A stretch of 64,000 nt of DNA from Octopus sinensis (GCF_006345805.1 NC_042998.1:164300001-164364000); one strand, 5' to 3'. Counted from the stretch's first letter, positions 12,365 through 26,051 are shown. Program-made: numbers and translations. Notes: generated from the letters alone by a model not told the origin.

Positions 12365-13329
12365 TATCTATTATATATATTATACATATGTTCAAACATA
12401 GCAGTTTCAAAATTTACTTTTTAGTAAGAGGAGTGAACGATATATTTTAAAACACTGGAAAAGTAATTAAGAATTGGACAAGATCGGATGGCAAAATGAG
12501 GGAGTGACTGAGTTTGAGTCAAGCCGTTGGAGAAGAAAAAATAGCGCGTGAGTGTGATTGCCAGAAAGAAAAAGAAAAACGCATGGCTGACATTTGTATC
12601 CGGTATTGAATTTATATGGAAGCCAATAACGAAAATAAAAGAGAACGATAAACTCCAAGTAAAGCAGACTTCGTGTATGAAATCTTTTTGATTCCCGGAG
12701 GGAGCCGTATCTTTTCATTTCATTTTTATTGCTGTTAATTTCCTTATGGAAAAGCATGAACATCACACAATATTTATTTATGCTCGCTCAAATCCCGCCC
12801 TAACACCAGCAGTATCATATTTGATTGGCCCGTATTGTATCTAAACCCAAAATAATAAAATTAAAGAGCAAGTTGACCCCTTGATGTTATATTCGCACTC
12901 GGGATATAACTAAATTCCGAGAGGTATGTTATTCTGTTGCGGTTATGATTCCAGCATCAACCACGTCAGACTGTGAATCATAAATAATACAGGATAATAT
13001 TGATTTCTCATAAATTCATAGAAGAGGAATAATCGATTAGATCCTACGCCCATCCTAATATAATATCGATTTCTCAAAACCAGGAAGTTAGGGAGAAGGG
13101 CCTGGAGATTATATTGAGTCAGTATTTGGAAATTTCTTGGTCTAGTGGTCTGGTTATTGAACTCAGGCTCATAAAAGATCATGGGGTTGATTTCTGGACC
13201 AGACAGTGCCATGTGTTCTTGATCAGAGCACTTCGTTTCAATCTACTCAGCTGAAAATAAGCTCCAACCAAGTGCTTGTACAGCACTCAATTCTTATCAG
13301 GTAGATCCAACGTGTTAGTGTAAAGTTAG

Positions 13330-14080
13330 TAGGGAAGAACATCTAAGCCAGGTGATTTGCCCTTCGTGTAGCCAGACATGGTTTTCCTTATTTCAGTAGT
13401 TGCTGTTAGCTTTACGCAACACCCCGACACTTATACTGAAAGTCAAGACAGGCACTGAAGCCTCCCCTGCGGTATAGTCCCACCACTCACGAACAGTTGA
13501 GTAGAGTGCCGCTTGAAAGCCGCACGCATCCCTTTGGAAATAAGTACCACGCGTTCGTCGTAGACTGCCAAAGCATCTAGTTGTGTTTTTACAATTTCAT
13601 TGTACATTTGCATTCGGGTCCATCATCATTAAACGTCTTTCATTCCTTCCTGGGCTTAGAATATATGCCCTTTCGCTCTAACGCAGCCTTCATGATTCGC
13701 GTTGAAGAATTGTGCAAGGTCCAGTTTCGTTGCAAGCACATCAGTTGCGATGCTTTTACTAAGTGCACTGTGGTGCATCTGGGAAATTCAGACAGCTAGA
13801 AACATTTGAGCAGGTTTGCGCGTCTTTTGTACCGCCTCTTCTGTCGACTAGCTCCCACAATCCAAGATGCCGTTCCAATCACTCACAATCACTAAAGGAA
13901 AGGCCTCCAGACTCTGAAGAAATCTGGTCGTTCCACGGCTATCTATCGGAAAATTTAGCCTACGCTGCTGGTCGCATCCAATCTCACTGACTTACTCTCC
14001 GGGTCCAAGATGTGATCTGTATCCCCAAATCCAACACTTTTCCGAAACATCATAACTATTCTACTGCTCACTCCCGTCAG
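13330..14080 (-). pseudogene. Degraded Tx1/L1-clade ORF2 fragment (APE endonuclease to start of RT)
   Basis: Minus-strand translation gives LVIVSDWNGILD (cf. GGDFN) and EIRKTMSGYTKGKSPGLD (cf. GKSPGLDG), with stops and deletions. Confidence 0.6.
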
Positions 14081-14231
14081 ACTAGCATATAACTTATAGC
14101 TTCGGAACAGAATTGACGCAAAGCACTACGACACACCTTTTTTTAATAATCATAAAACTATCAGAAATGCATTATGTATGCAAACTGGTATAGCCTATTT
14201 ACTCAGTCCTTAGTAATGGTGAGTGTATGTA

Positions 14232-15079
14232 CAGGGTGTCCTAGAATTAACTATTTATTACAGTGAAATCGGACAATTTTTTTTAAAAACTCGCTTCTAT
14301 CACGTTTAATAAGTATTAAAAGTGTTTACATTTTTGATTTTGTTTTTAATTTTATTTTTATACAATTTTTAACAATTTTATTTTCATTCCTGTTGGATCC
14401 CCCTTATCTGTCCACGACAGCTTTTATTCAGTCTGGCTGCAATCATTTTCTCTATTTTCATCCCCAAGAGTGAGCAATAGTTTTTTAAAATTTATTTATG
14501 CGCCCTTTTCAATCCTAGCCAGGCTCATGGGCCCGGTTTCACGGTTTCTGTGGCGTATTTGTTCCCTCCCCCGCCCAGCTGGACGGAACGCCAGTCCATC
14601 GCAGCGTTACTCAAGAAACAGGAAGAGTGAGTGAGAGAAAGTTGGGGTGAAAGAGTACAACAGGGGTCACCACCATCCCCTGCCGGAGTCTCGTGGAGCT
14701 TTAGGTGTTATCGCTCAATAAACACACACAACGCCCGGTCTGGGAATCGAAACCGCGAGTCCGCTGCACTAACCACTGGGCCATTGCGCCTCCACGAACA
14801 ATAGTTTAGCTGAACTTAAAGAATGCATTCTGTTAGTATTGCAGGAAATAACTCATGAAATGCTTCAAAATGTGTTCGCAACGCTAAGCATAAATTTGAA
14901 ATTTGCAGAGATATAGACGGAGCACATGTTGAAAATCTTCAATAAAGTTTTGACACAAGATTTATAAATCTATTCGTTTTGGTATCATAAGTAATATACA
15001 TAAAATTTTGGCTGTCTTTTTTATTTTATTTTTTTTATTTTTCCCGATTTCATTGAAATAGATTAATTCTGGGACACCT
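14232..15079 (+). mobile_element. Tc1/mariner-superfamily non-autonomous element with nested SINE
   Basis: TIRs TA-cagggtgtcctagaattaa / ttaattctgggacacc-TA; C-terminal transposase remnant …CRDIDGAHVENL near 14905-14940. Confidence 0.7.
14503..14794 (-). mobile_element. tRNA-derived SINE (family C), nested in the Tc1/mariner element
   Basis: Reverse complement of ggaggcgcaatggcccagtggttag…gcggactcgcggtttcgattcccagaccgg; near-identical copy at 34522-34821. Confidence 0.85.
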
Positions 15080-15162
15080 ATATAAGCATTGTCTTTGTCG
15101 GCAGTCAGAGAGAGGAGATCAATCATTGATATAATGCCGGCATATGAACATAAGTGTTTATA

Positions 15163-15195
<33 letters not shown>

Positions 15196-15703
15196 CTATA
15201 TAGGTGAAATAAATATCAGATATGCTTTGCTTCACGCAGAAACTGTAGAAGCTGCTTAAATATACTACAAGCTTTTCTGATGGTGATCTAAAGTTGTCGC
15301 AATATTGGAAACCCTTCTGTATCTTCTGCAGGTATCTCAGGACCACAAGCGTTTCGTCATTAAAAATTCTTAAAAAGGCGTGGCTATGTGTTAAGAAGCT
15401 TGCTTCCCAACCACTTGGCTCGTGGGTAAATGTTTTCTGCTATAGCCTCATGCGTTCAAAGCTTTGTGACTGGACTTGATAGACGGAAACTGAAAGAAGC
15501 TTGTCGTATATATCGCTCAAGTATTGCGAGACTAATAATCTAGTGTAGAATTCGATATACGTATGTTCCAGAACAGCTCCGAGGAAGCTGTGGGATGTTA
15601 TTCAGGCACTTAACTACGAGTCCACTGCAACTTATAGCAGAAAAAGCGGTAAATTAATGAAGTCCATAACATAACCTTTGTTTTTCCTGTCATCTCTTTT
15701 CCT

Positions 15704-15736
<33 letters not shown>

Positions 15737-17159
15737 CCTCCACCAACGCTATTTCAATGAAATCAGGCAAGATTAAAAAAAAAGACAGCCAGAATTTTAT
15801 GCTTATTACTTAATTATGATACCAAAACAAATAGATTTATAAATCTTATGTCAAAACTTTATTGATGATTTTCAACATGTGCTCCGTCTTAGCGGTTCGA
15901 TAAAATAAGTACCAAGCTTTGAAAAATCCTGGGGTCGATTTATTCGATTAAAACCCTTCAGGGATACAGTAGAAGATGCTTGCTTAACACACACGCAGTG
16001 GGTCTGAACCTGAAACCATGTAGTTGGGAAGCAAAATTCTCACCACACAGCTTCACCTACAATGTGTTCACATACGTCAATTACATAAATTTATTGTTGA
16101 TATGACCGGTGACAAAGAAACGGTTTGTCACGTTTGCCAAGGAATTCGAACACAGGACCAAAAATGCAGTTGAGATCAATGGAGACTTTTTAATCGCAAT
16201 ACCAACGGTTGGTTGTCTGTCAAAAGTAATTGATTCATTATATTGAATCAAGTGGGAAATGAGATTTTGTGACATCGTTGCAATTCTCCTTCTACACAAA
16301 TTATCTTGCAGAAAACGGTTTTGTTGAAAGCCTGTCAAATCGAGTTCTCCTCAGAACACCATCCAGTTGTCATCTTCACTGACCCTTCAGCTGAACTATA
16401 CTGACTGGCTTAACTTAAGTAGCATGCATGCTTAGCTGGTCAGTGAGGGATTTGACCGGGCGATCGACTTAAACAGCTTTGGTCAACAAAAGCCGATGTG
16501 GTCAATATACGTTACTGTGGAGATCCTAGCCTAATGAGGTCAGTTCATTCATAAACCTGTCAATGGCATCAACCAAATCCCAATTATAGCTCCCAAGTAC
16601 GTCTTTTAACACACTACAGCATTCCTCATAAATACTCACTCGCACACACACACACGGCGATAACTTATACAAACACACATACGAACAGTAGCTCACACGT
16701 TCTCGCGCACGCATTCATTCAACTAGTAGTTTTCATTCACTCCCAAACTCACACACACATACACGCATATATACATATATTTCCTCTTCATTTCTTTCAT
16801 GCTCCTCTTTCTTTTCATCGCTTCCTTCCTCCTTTCTCTCACTCTTTCACACACACAATGGTGGCAATGAGGAGGAAAAAAGGTGATTTACTGTATCTAC
16901 TTGAAAGCACTTTTGCTGAGGTGTTCAACTACCGATTGTCTGCATCCGTTCTGACCACCACCAGAATTTACAGGTGTATAGTATATACGAGCCAACGAGT
17001 AAGCTTTTTGCTGGTCACTCGATATGCTAGAAATAGTAACAGAAATAGCAACTAAATATCCCACAAATCGCATCACACCGTTTTAGAATAAGACCAGACG
17101 GTTGGTGATCGTTTTAAAGGCGTAATTTAAAAGTCTGCTCCATCAGGAATAACCTAGAG

Positions 17160-17492
17160 TAGGGTTTCTTAACTAGGGGCCATATGGACCCTAGTCCATA
17201 CAAGATTTGGTGGTGGGGTCCGCGGATGCAGTATAGTCAATTGTGGGCCCACGGTAATTTTTCAGGGGCCATGAAAAACTTTTACTTCAGGCCACTAACA
17301 TTTATGTGCAATAAACTAGTTATACGTCCACTGTACACAAAATATTTTAACAATTTTTATACAAGTCCTAATAATATTTAATTATACAAATACCATTGGA
17401 TTTTTTAAAACATCAAATGGCTATGGGGGGGTCCAGTGGAGTAAAATAAGCATCAAAGGGGTCTATAGGTAAAAACTGGTTGAAAACCCCTG
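17160..17492. mobile_element. hAT (Charlie-like) MITE, 333 bp
   Basis: TIRs tagggtttcttaac / gttgaaaacccctg; perfect 8-bp TSD acctagag at 17152-17159 and 17493-17500. Confidence 0.9.
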
Positions 17493-17752
17493 ACCTAGAG
17501 CTAAATAACACCAATGACACTACCGACATAATTCGACTAGATTGTGAAAAATGCACAGCATGTCCAGACTGCAATTCTGCATCCCCTATCATCATATCAG
17601 ACCATACAGTATGACTGTGCAACATTGAACATCCATACTATAAGCTCTTTCATGTCGGAGTATGCAGTATGGTCGACTGATGAGCAGAAATATAGTAAAC
17701 GTTGAACCAATCCCGATTCTATACAGGCCATACGTCTGCTAGGTCAGCAACG

Positions 17753-17801
<49 letters not shown>

Positions 17802-17803
17802 TG

Positions 17804-17836
<33 letters not shown>

Positions 17837-17871
17837 TTGGTAGACGGAAACAAAAAGAAGCCCGTCGTATA

Positions 17872-18670
17872 TACAGAGTGCGGTGAATATATTGTCGTCT
17901 AAATTATGCAAAAATGAAAATAACATTGACATCTCATTTTAGCAGATATATTTACCAAAGTTACATCAAAATATCTTGAAATACTAAAGAGTAAATTTAT
18001 TCAATAAAATCGCCATTGGCTTCAACCACGACCTCTAGACCACTTTGGAATCTCCTGCAACTCTTCTGAGCAGTCTCCTTATTTAAGTTGGTGGATGCTA
18101 CCATAATCCTTGCTTCAGTTCATCTTTGGTGTTACAAGGAGTTTTGTTGGTCTCTCGCTCAACTGCGCATGACACATAATAATCAAAGGGGAGGTAGATG
18201 ATGTAGTGGCAGAAATTGTCTGACAGCCATGACTGGATTCCCTTGCTCGTGTGGCATGGCGCATAGGCCTGTTGCCAGACATAGTCTTCCAGCAGCCACC
18301 CTTTTGACCCAGGGCAACAACTACCTCCTCCAGGCACATGATGTAGGAATCCGTGTTGAATGTGATGCCGTGTGGGAAGATGAATGCAAGTATAACGTCA
18401 CCATCACCAGTAATCACTTCAAACACCCTGATGTTGACTGGTTTGATTTTTATCACTCTCAATACATGTCCACAGATTGAACCGTCCTCAGACTGACGCC
18501 CAAATACTCTGAAATGTTCATACTGGAACTTCCGGCGCGAATATCAAGCAGTACAACATGTCATCTCCAAATTTCTGGCGAGTGAAATACGTCATAATGC
18601 TGTTTTTCTCACAGACGGTACCCAACTGGCCCTACTATACTGTGCAGAATACATAATAAAAAGCAAAGTC
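17872..18670 (-). mobile_element. maT/Bmmar1-like (DD37D) transposon remnant
   Basis: Frameshifted transposase: PVNIRVFEVITGDGDVILAFIFPHGITFNTDSYIMCLEEVV … YVWQQAYAPCHTSKGIQSWLSDNFC … YYVSCAVERETNKTPCNTKDELK; TIR-like end TA-cagagtgcggtgaatatattgtcg. Confidence 0.8.
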
Positions 18671-18719
18671 TGTGTATGCGTATGTGTGTGTGCGTGTGTG
18701 TATGTATGTATGTATTATG

Positions 18720-19105
18720 TACTAGCAGTATCGCCCGGCGTTGCTCAGGTTTGTAAGGGAAATAACTATAAAGCATTTTTAGAGAGTTATAGCCAAAAAA
18801 TAGCCAAAAAATGGAAAAAAATGATGGTAAATTTTTTTTTGAGATTTAAAAAAGGTGGAGTTGGGTCCCCTAGACAGTTTGTGGTTTGTGTTTCTGATTC
18901 TCGACCCCATGTCGAATTTATCGATTTTTTTCAGAACTGGGGGAACTTTTCAAAATTTTCGCTGCGTTAGTTTTGAATTATGACATTGGGCTATGTGTGT
19001 GTCAAGTTTCATCAGAATCGGTTGAAAGCCGTGGTCAGGGTGAGGGTACAAGCAAACAGACACACAGAAACACGCACAGACAAACCGCCGTTTATATAGA
19101 GAGAG
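18720..19105 (+). mobile_element. Non-autonomous Helitron (Lep1/Helentron-like)
   Basis: Start actagcagtatcgcccggcgttgctc; subterminal caagtttcatcagaatcggttg and (acag/ac)n region; ends …tttatatagagag. This layout is recalled from Lep1-type elements. No TIR or TSD. Confidence 0.55.
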
Positions 19106-19246
19106 ATGTATGTATGTATGTATGTATGTGTGTATGAATGTATGTATGTATGTATGCATGCATGCATGCATGTATGTATGTATTATGTATGTATGTATGT
19201 GTGTATGAATGTATGTATGTATGTATGCATGCATACATGCATGTAT

Positions 19247-19475
19247 GTGGCGAGCTGGCAGAAACGTTAGCACGCCGGGCGAAATTCGTAGCCGTATTTC
19301 GTCTGTCGTTGCGTTCCGAGTTCAAATTCCGCCGAGGTCCACTCTGCCTTTCATCCTTTCGGGGTCGATAAATTAAGTACCAGTTACGCACTGGGGTCGA
19401 TGTAATCGACTTAATCCCTTTGTCTGTCCTTGTTTGTCCCCTCTGTGTTTAGCCCCTTGTGGGTAGTAAAGAAAT
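19247..19475 (+). mobile_element. SINE family B inserted in (TATG)n
   Basis: Full head-to-tail match to 6610-6843. Confidence 0.85.
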
Positions 19476-20607
19476 TATTATGTATGTGTGTATGAATGTA
19501 TGTATGTATGCATGCATGCATGCATGTATGTATGTATGTATGCATGTGTGAATATGACGCATGTGTGCACATGAGCTTGTACGCTTTATGTGTGCGTGCT
19601 TTTTTCTCTATAGCAATGCGCTCGCGAACTCATCTGCCTGCTTTTTTGTGACTTTGCCATAGATAGCCATGTGTGTGTTGGACTACACGTGTGTGTGTAT
19701 GTGAGCGAATGTAGCGAATGTGTGTGTGCGTGTGTGTGTGTTGTGTGTGTGTGTGTGCCTGCGTGTGCATGTGTGTGTGAAGAGGATAGGTCAGATCTAG
19801 GAGATAACGGCTTGCTTACGGACTGAACCAGCCGTGATGGTAATGAGAAATCGATTATGGCATTTATGGGCAAGGCGTGTGCGAGTGAATGAGACACAGA
19901 GGGAGAGAGAGAGAAAGAGAGGGAGACAGACAGACAGAAAGAGAAGTCTGTATGTGCGCGCGTTCTAATATGTGTATGCGTAAATGCATGCGTGCGTGTG
20001 TTAGCGGTTTGTGTGGTGAGGTGAAAAAATTGGAAAGAAGAGAGGCAAAGAGCAGTTGCGGAAGAAGGAGGGTATAGTTTCTGTGTGTAGGAGTCAAAGC
20101 TAAGACATTTCACCTCTAGATAAAAATCATTAAAGTGGTCAATAGGATCCCACTTAAAGCATTAGATGCCGATAAGAACAAGCAATAAGCGTTTATACTA
20201 AGGAGACAGCAATGAAGGGTGCAAAAAAAAAATATAAGTAAAAGAATGACGATAAATGATTCAGTGTCTGTCCACAGCATATTAGAGAGTGTGATAAAAT
20301 ACCGTCTGTAATAATGGATCTCCGTCGGTTTCGACGATGAGACTTCAGTTGCTCGATCAACTAAGTTAATTGTTTTTTTGAGTTGCGTAGACAAATGCTG
20401 GTATTGCAAAAACGATATGTGATTTTTTTTTTATCCTTCACTTGTTTTAGTCAATGGACTGCGGCCAAGCTATAGCACATCCTTGAACGGTTTCATGAAA
20501 CAAATCGACCCCGGTATATGTTTTTTTTTTCTTTTTAAACCTGGTACTTCTTTTATCAGCCTCTTTTCACCGAATCCCTAGGTTACGGGGACACGAGCAA
20601 ACAAACC

Positions 20608-20656
<49 letters not shown>

Positions 20657-20731
20657 GCGTGGCTGTATGGTAAGAAGCTTGCTTCCCAACCATATGGTTG
20701 CAAGTTCAGTCCCACTGCGTGACATTGTTTT

Positions 20732-21436
20732 TCTAAAATGCACCATAAATGTTCAATAATATTGAAATCTGGTGACTGTGGTGGCTAGATAAGATATTCG
20801 ACTTCACTAGAATGTTCCTCGTGCCATTCAGTAACAACTTTAGCTGTGTGGATTGGTGCAGTATCATTCTGAAAGATTGCATTTCCCACCAGAAACAGTT
20901 TTGCAACCAAGGGATGAATTTGATCAGATAAAATGCATAAATAGTCTTGACTATTAATTCTGTCATGAAGGGAAACCATTGGGCTGGTGAATTTCCAAGA
21001 TATAGCCCCCTACCCGATCATCACAGATCCTCCATGCTTAACAATTGGAAGAAGGCAGTCCGGGTCAAATACTTCTTTTGGCTGTCTCCACACGTATACT
21101 CGGTCGACGGTCGGAAATATGGTAAAGGATGACTCGACCGAGAAAATAACATTCTTCTACTGCCCTAGGAACCAATTCTGTAGGCTTTTACTCCACTCTA
21201 AAGGCTTTACTCTTTTACTCCCTTTTACTCTTTTACTCTCTTTTACTCTTTTACTTGTTTCAGTCATTTGACTGCGGCCATGCTGGAGCACCGCCTTTAG
21301 TCGAGCAAATCGACACCGGGACTTATTCTTTGTAAGCCCAGTACTTATTCTATCGGTCTCTTTTGCCGAACCGCTAAGTGACGGGGACGTAAACACACCA
21401 GCATCGGTTGTCAAGCAATGCTAGGGGGACACACAA

Positions 21437-21467
<31 letters not shown>

Positions 21468-21876
21468 CATATATACGACAGGCTTCTTTCAGTTTCCGTC
21501 TACCAAATCCACTCACAAGGCATTGGTCGGCCCGGAGCTATAGCAGAAGACACTTGCCCAAGATGCCACGCAGTGGGACTGAACCCGGAACCATGTGGTT
21601 GGTTAGCAAACTACTTACCACACAGCCACTCCTTTGCAACATTTGTTTTTGAAAGTAATGATTTTCTAATAGCAGCTCTCCCGTGAAATCCGGCTTTGTG
21701 CAGCTCCCGGCGAACAGTTTCTGTGGAAACTGGGTTTTCGAAGTGGTCGTTAAACAACACTAATAATAAATAATAAAAAAAAAAGAAAAAAGAAACAAGC
21801 TTTTGACAGTTTTGTAGATATTTCAAAATTATGATGCTATGATGCTAGGTGTTTCCATTATTTTGTCCAGCCCCTG
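20732..21876 (-). mobile_element. Tc1 (DD34E) transposon remnant, interrupted by a family A SINE
   Basis: TIR TA-caggggctggacaaaataatggaaacacc at 21876. Fragments PVSTETVRRELHKAGFHGRAAIRKSLLS and INSQDYLCILSDQIHP…FQNDTAPIHTAKVVTEW…SPDFNIIEHLWCIL. Confidence 0.8.
21205..21633 (-). mobile_element. SINE family A, full length, nested in Tc1
   Basis: (tactcttt)n tail; near-identical to 39245-39627 in reverse complement. Confidence 0.9.
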
Positions 21877-22145
21877 TATATTTGTGTGTGTGTGTGTGTG
21901 TTTGTTTGTCGCCCACCACCGACTGACAACCAGTGTCTGTGTGTCTATGCCTCCGTAACATAGCGGTTCGGCACTTTGGTCAAGTATCTTCTGCTATAGC
22001 CCCGGTCTGACTAACGCTTTTTGAGTGAATTTGTTTCAGTCATTAGACTGCAGCCATGTTGGGGCACCGCCTTGAAGAATTTTAATTGCCACGCTTAAAA
22101 AAATGTGGGACAACACATACACTCACCCACACACTCATAAACACG

Positions 22146-22990
22146 CACACACACACATGCACACGCATACACACACAAACCCCAAAACACAAGCACACCG
22201 ATACCACCACACGCACACACTTTTTACTCATACAAACACAAAACCCATGCACACAGATGCTACCACACACACACATGCACACGCATACACACACAAACCC
22301 CAAAACACAAGCACACCGATACCACCACACGCACACACTTTTTACTCATACAAACACAAAACCCATGCACACAGATGCTACCACACACACACATGCACAC
22401 GCATACACACACAAACCCCAAAACACAAGCACACCGATACCACCACACGCACACACTTTTTACTCATACAAACACAAAACCCATGCACACAGATGCTACC
22501 ACACACACACATGCACACGCATACACACACAAACCCCAAAACACAAGCACACACCGATACCACCACAACGCACACACTTTTTACTCATACAAACACAAAA
22601 CCCATGCACACAGATGCTACCACACACACACATGCACACGCATACACACACAAACCCCAAAACACAAGCACACCGATACCACCACACGCACACACTTTTT
22701 ACTCATACAAACACAAAACCCATGCACACAGATGCTACCACACACACACATGCACACGCATACACACACAAACCCCAAAACACAAGCACACCGATACCAC
22801 CACACACGCACACACTTTTTACTCATACAAACACAAAACCCATGCACACAGATGCTACCACACACACACATGCACACGCATACACACACAAACCCCAAAA
22901 CACAAGCACACCGATACCACCACACGCACACACTTTTTACTCATACAAACACAAAACCCATGCACACAGATGCTACCACACACACACATG
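22146..22990. repeat. Minisatellite, ~118-bp unit, ~7 copies, CA-rich
   Basis: The unit acacacacacatgcacacgcatacacacacaaaccccaaaacacaagcacaccgataccaccac…cccatgcacacagatgctacc recurs with a 118-121 bp period. Confidence 0.92.
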
Positions 22991-23066
22991 CTGACTACAC
23001 ACACATGCTGACCATCTTCACACTACACACGCACTCATACATACATTCTCCTGTCTCCAAAAAACA

Positions 23067-23104
<38 letters not shown>

Positions 23105-23282
23105 ACTTCCGGTCACTTCAGCAATGTAACCACACGTGTACTGTTGGCGATTTCTTTCTCTTTAGACTTTTCTCTTTCTCGTTTCCAAGCGTCAAGTTAA
23201 TATATTTTTTATGCACACGTCCTCATGTTGTCCGTTTTTATTCGTTTATCTGAATTGTTTGTTTATTTGAATCAGCTATGTA

Positions 23283-24523
23283 CACAGACATGCAGAAAGT
23301 AAATAGACACCTTTAATTTTCAAAATCTTTTATTTAATACGCAAGTGAACAACTGAAATCGATAGGTAGGACTACACACTTTAGTATTTAGTTGACATTC
23401 CATTTGCAGTTTTTAATTCAAAAACTCTTTTCAGCATTGAACTGATGAGCTTTGTTATTGTCTCTTGTGGAATTTCTGTCCACTTTTCACGCAACAATCG
23501 AAACAATTCATCTTTAGATTTTGGTTTCTGTCAAGTTTTTCGTATAGCTCTATCTAGTATGCTCCAAAGATTTTCAATTGAGTTCATGTTAGGAGATTGG
23601 CTCAGCCAAGGAAGCTTTTTGATCCCGTTTTTAGTCAACCAATGTTGATTCCTTTTCGCTGTGTGGCATGGAGCCCCATCTTCCATGAATAAAAAGTCAT
23701 TTTTCGTTATGTTATCGTGTGAATACAACGGAAGTAGTCCTTGCTTAAGTATTTCGGAGTATTTTTCAGAGTTTATGGTTCCAACACATTCCATCAGCTC
23801 AAAACGGCCATTGCTGGCGACAGCTCTCCATACCATTACAGAGATACTGCCATGTTTCACAGTTGGCTAGAGTCTTTTCAAATCAAATTCTTGATTGGGA
23901 AGCCTCCAGACCCAAACACGTCCACTGTCCGAAAATAATGCAAATCTAGATTCATCTGAGAAAATCACTCTATCCCAAAATGAACTTTCTTTTCATGATA
24001 TTAATTGGCTGAAGGAAAGGTTTTCTTCTAGCTGCTCGTCAATAATACCCAAGCTTATGCAGATATGTAACACACGTTCTTGGACTAACGTAGCTGTTTT
24101 GTAATGTCAGAAGCCTTCGAACAGAGTTCGTTTTCCACAATTCTCTTCAAACAGCGAAGCTTCCTTTCCGGGCGCCCAGGTCGGGCGGGATGGGAATCTG
24201 TTGATTTCCTTGGCTTTTGAATTGCAATATAATTCTATTAACAGTAACAAGAGGAATTTGAAGATTTTCGGCAATTTTTCGCTGGCTAAGACTAGCCTCA
24301 GATTGCCCAGCAATACGACCTCTTTGAAAATCTGACAGTTCTGCTGAATTTTTTTTTTTTTTTTTGTGCGTTGCATGGTTACTCTTCGCAAATGTTTAAT
24401 ATAATGGCATCTGGAATGAAAAAGAATATTTACATTGTAAATTCTACACCGCTGAAAGCATATTAAGACGATTAGATCAGAAATTTTGAAAATTAAAGGT
24501 GTCTATTTACTTCCTGCATGTCT
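23283..24523 (-). mobile_element. Tc1 (DD34E) transposon, near full length, decayed
   Basis: TIRs TA-cacagacatgcagaaagtaaatagacacc / ggtgtctatttacttcctgcatgtct. Transposase KHGSISVMVWRAVASNG…FMEDGAPCHTAK…WLSQSPNMNSIENLWSIL. Confidence 0.88.
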
Positions 24524-26013
24524 TGGTCCGTCCGAGGTAGACACTTGCCCAAGGTGCCACGTTGTAGGACTGAACCCGGCGCCATGTAAATGGGAAGCAA
24601 ACCTCTTACCACATAGCCACTTATCTAGCAATTTTCTCTTTTTTGTTTGTTTGTTTGTTTGTTTACATTTGATGAAGTATGTACAGTAAAGTTGACTTCG
24701 GGGAAGGATTGAACTGAGTACGTAAAGAGTTAGAGCAAATACCGGAAAGTAGATTGCAAGTATTTTATCTGAGGCTCTAACTATTCTGGGGACTTGCTAT
24801 CTTTTCTTTAGAGGCTAAAATAATGAAAACATAATATTCCTGCCAATCTTCCCATGGGTGTAAAACAAGAAATAAAAAGGATACAACTGCTAATGAAAGT
24901 TATGTTTAGCGAATAAATCCACTTCGCAGACACTTCAGGTTGTTGCGAACAAAATCCACAAATTATCTCCTTCTTTTTCTCGAATGAAGGAAAAAGAAGA
25001 AAAAAAACGTCAAAAAATTGAAAATTTTTTAAAGAAATAGCAAAAGCAAAAAATAATAATGAGAAGCTAGTTGTGAGAATTCCATGAAACTTTCAAATTT
25101 ACAAAAATATCTAGCTTTGTTTCCTTCTTTAACTAACAAATGCCGTTAGACTTTCACGTTATGTATGAAACAATATCGCTTTGTTTTGCCTTATCATTTT
25201 ATTATTTTTTAATTATTTTATTTATTTTTTAATTCTACTTTCTATTTTTGTCAATATTTTCTGCTTTTTTTGTTTTTTTTTTATTCAATCCTTTCTTTTC
25301 TTCCAAAGTTTTACTTCTACATGGATTCTTCTCGAAATTTTCATTGTGAGGAAATACATCAATATTATCTTGTCGCCATATTACAAACGTTTCAATGAAT
25401 TTATATTCATTCCCCTATAAAATTTCAGGAGGCTATTTTAGTGCTTTTATCTTAGCAAATTTTCATCTATTTATTTAGTGCATACATATTTATATATTAT
25501 TTCTTGGCTACAATCTTATTCTATCCAATCCTCACTGAATAAATGTTGTCTACTATTTTCATTATTCAATATCAACGAGGGTATATACGACAATCGTTTG
25601 CAGGCATGTTAAAAAATAAAACAAAAAATAGTTTGCATAAACAGTTTGACTACACGTCCATGAAAAAAATTCGAACAAAATTTTAATCTTTAATAACACA
25701 CCCAAACTTAGAGATTTTCCTCTCGTTATTTTTTCCATCTACCATATATATATATATATATATATATTTTATATATTGAAATCGGATATTGCATATGAGG
25801 GACTATTTTCAAGGAACAATGTTGGCGGAGTAATCAAGAGTTAAGTTGAAAAGTCATGGTGATAAAAAGTAGTTCAGTGTTTTGAAGAGGATTCATTTCT
25901 TTATTTTCCCTTTAAATACACACATGAACACATAAGCTTGTGTATGAATCTGTGGGTATGCGCTTGTGAGTAAGAGTGTATGTATGTTTGCATGCGTGTG
26001 TGTGTATGTGTGT

Positions 26014-26051
<38 letters not shown>

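Noticed and set aside
17670-17710. CTGATGA-GCA-GAAA as a hammerhead
   Set aside because: No stem II, and no stem I complementarity around the putative cleavage site.
22146-22990. Regularly spaced repeats as a possible CRISPR array (also 60020-61772)
   Set aside because: The units are contiguous with no unique spacers, and the context is eukaryotic.
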